From: Octopus vulgaris
Lineage: Eukaryota
DNA: 64,000 nt
Assembly: GCA_951406725.2 (NCBI GenBank)
Contig: OX597820.1
Span: 116,684,001 to 116,748,000 of the forward strand
Reading direction: 5' to 3'
Shown: in pieces, positions 63,641-64,000 of the stretch
Position numbering within the stretch: position 1 is the stretch's first letter
Layout: each line of letters begins with the position of its first letter
The notes under the pieces: model-generated
Told to the model about the DNA's origin: nothing
The model's input: the letters and a program-made list of their open reading frames with translations, nothing else
Database searches by the model: none
Made by a program: the position numbers and the translations under genes

Positions 63641-64000
63641 ATGGTGGTGGTGGCAGCGGTGGTGGTGGTGGTGGTGGTGGTGGCGGTGGTGGTGGTGGTG
63701 GAAGTGGTGGTGGTGGTGGCAGTGGTGGTGGTGGTGGCTAGTGGTGGTGGTGGTGCAGAGAGTGGTGGTGGTGGTGGTAGACCACAATCAAAAACAATTT
63801 GGTTTCCATGTATCAAGGAACTGAGCAAAACTTAGTTTCTGCGCAGAAAGGGTTAGTGTATCTCAGTGGCAGTGGTGGTGGTGGTGGTGGTGGTGGTGGT
63901 GGCAGTGATGGTGGTGGTGGTGGCAGTGGTGGTAGTGGTGGCAGAGGCGGTGGTGGTGGTGGTGGTGGTGGCAGTGGTGGTGTTGGTAGGGGTGAGGTAG
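63641..64000. repeat. (GGT)n imperfect microsatellites
   Basis: Two tracts at about 63641-63780 and 63865-64000. Confidence 0.95.

Noticed and set aside
63463-63835. Poly-His, poly-Thr and poly-Val ORFs
   Set aside because: Translations of (GGT)n plus a family C element

Overview
AT-rich, repeat-saturated eukaryotic DNA. The SINE families and microsatellites resemble an octopus (coleoid cephalopod) genome; this is recognition from memory, not a database match. I found no confidently supported host protein-coding exon, and many listed ORFs are read-throughs of SINEs or microsatellites. Contents: dozens of tRNA-derived SINE copies and RTE-derived short retroposons; one young RTE LINE 3' fragment with a 5' inversion; relics of hAT, MULE, maT (DD37D) and rosa-like (DD41D) DNA transposons; piggyBac-type, hAT-type and foldback MITEs; a Helitron; a tRNA-Val(AAC) gene or pseudogene; and a 1.2-kb local duplication. 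The best candidate for a new system is a 421-bp TSD-flanked insertion at 19890-20310. It joins a tRNA-type Pol III head to a Penelope-type minimal hammerhead ribozyme and sits as an inverted pair. Two further hammerhead motifs lie at 23300-23342 and 50632-50680.
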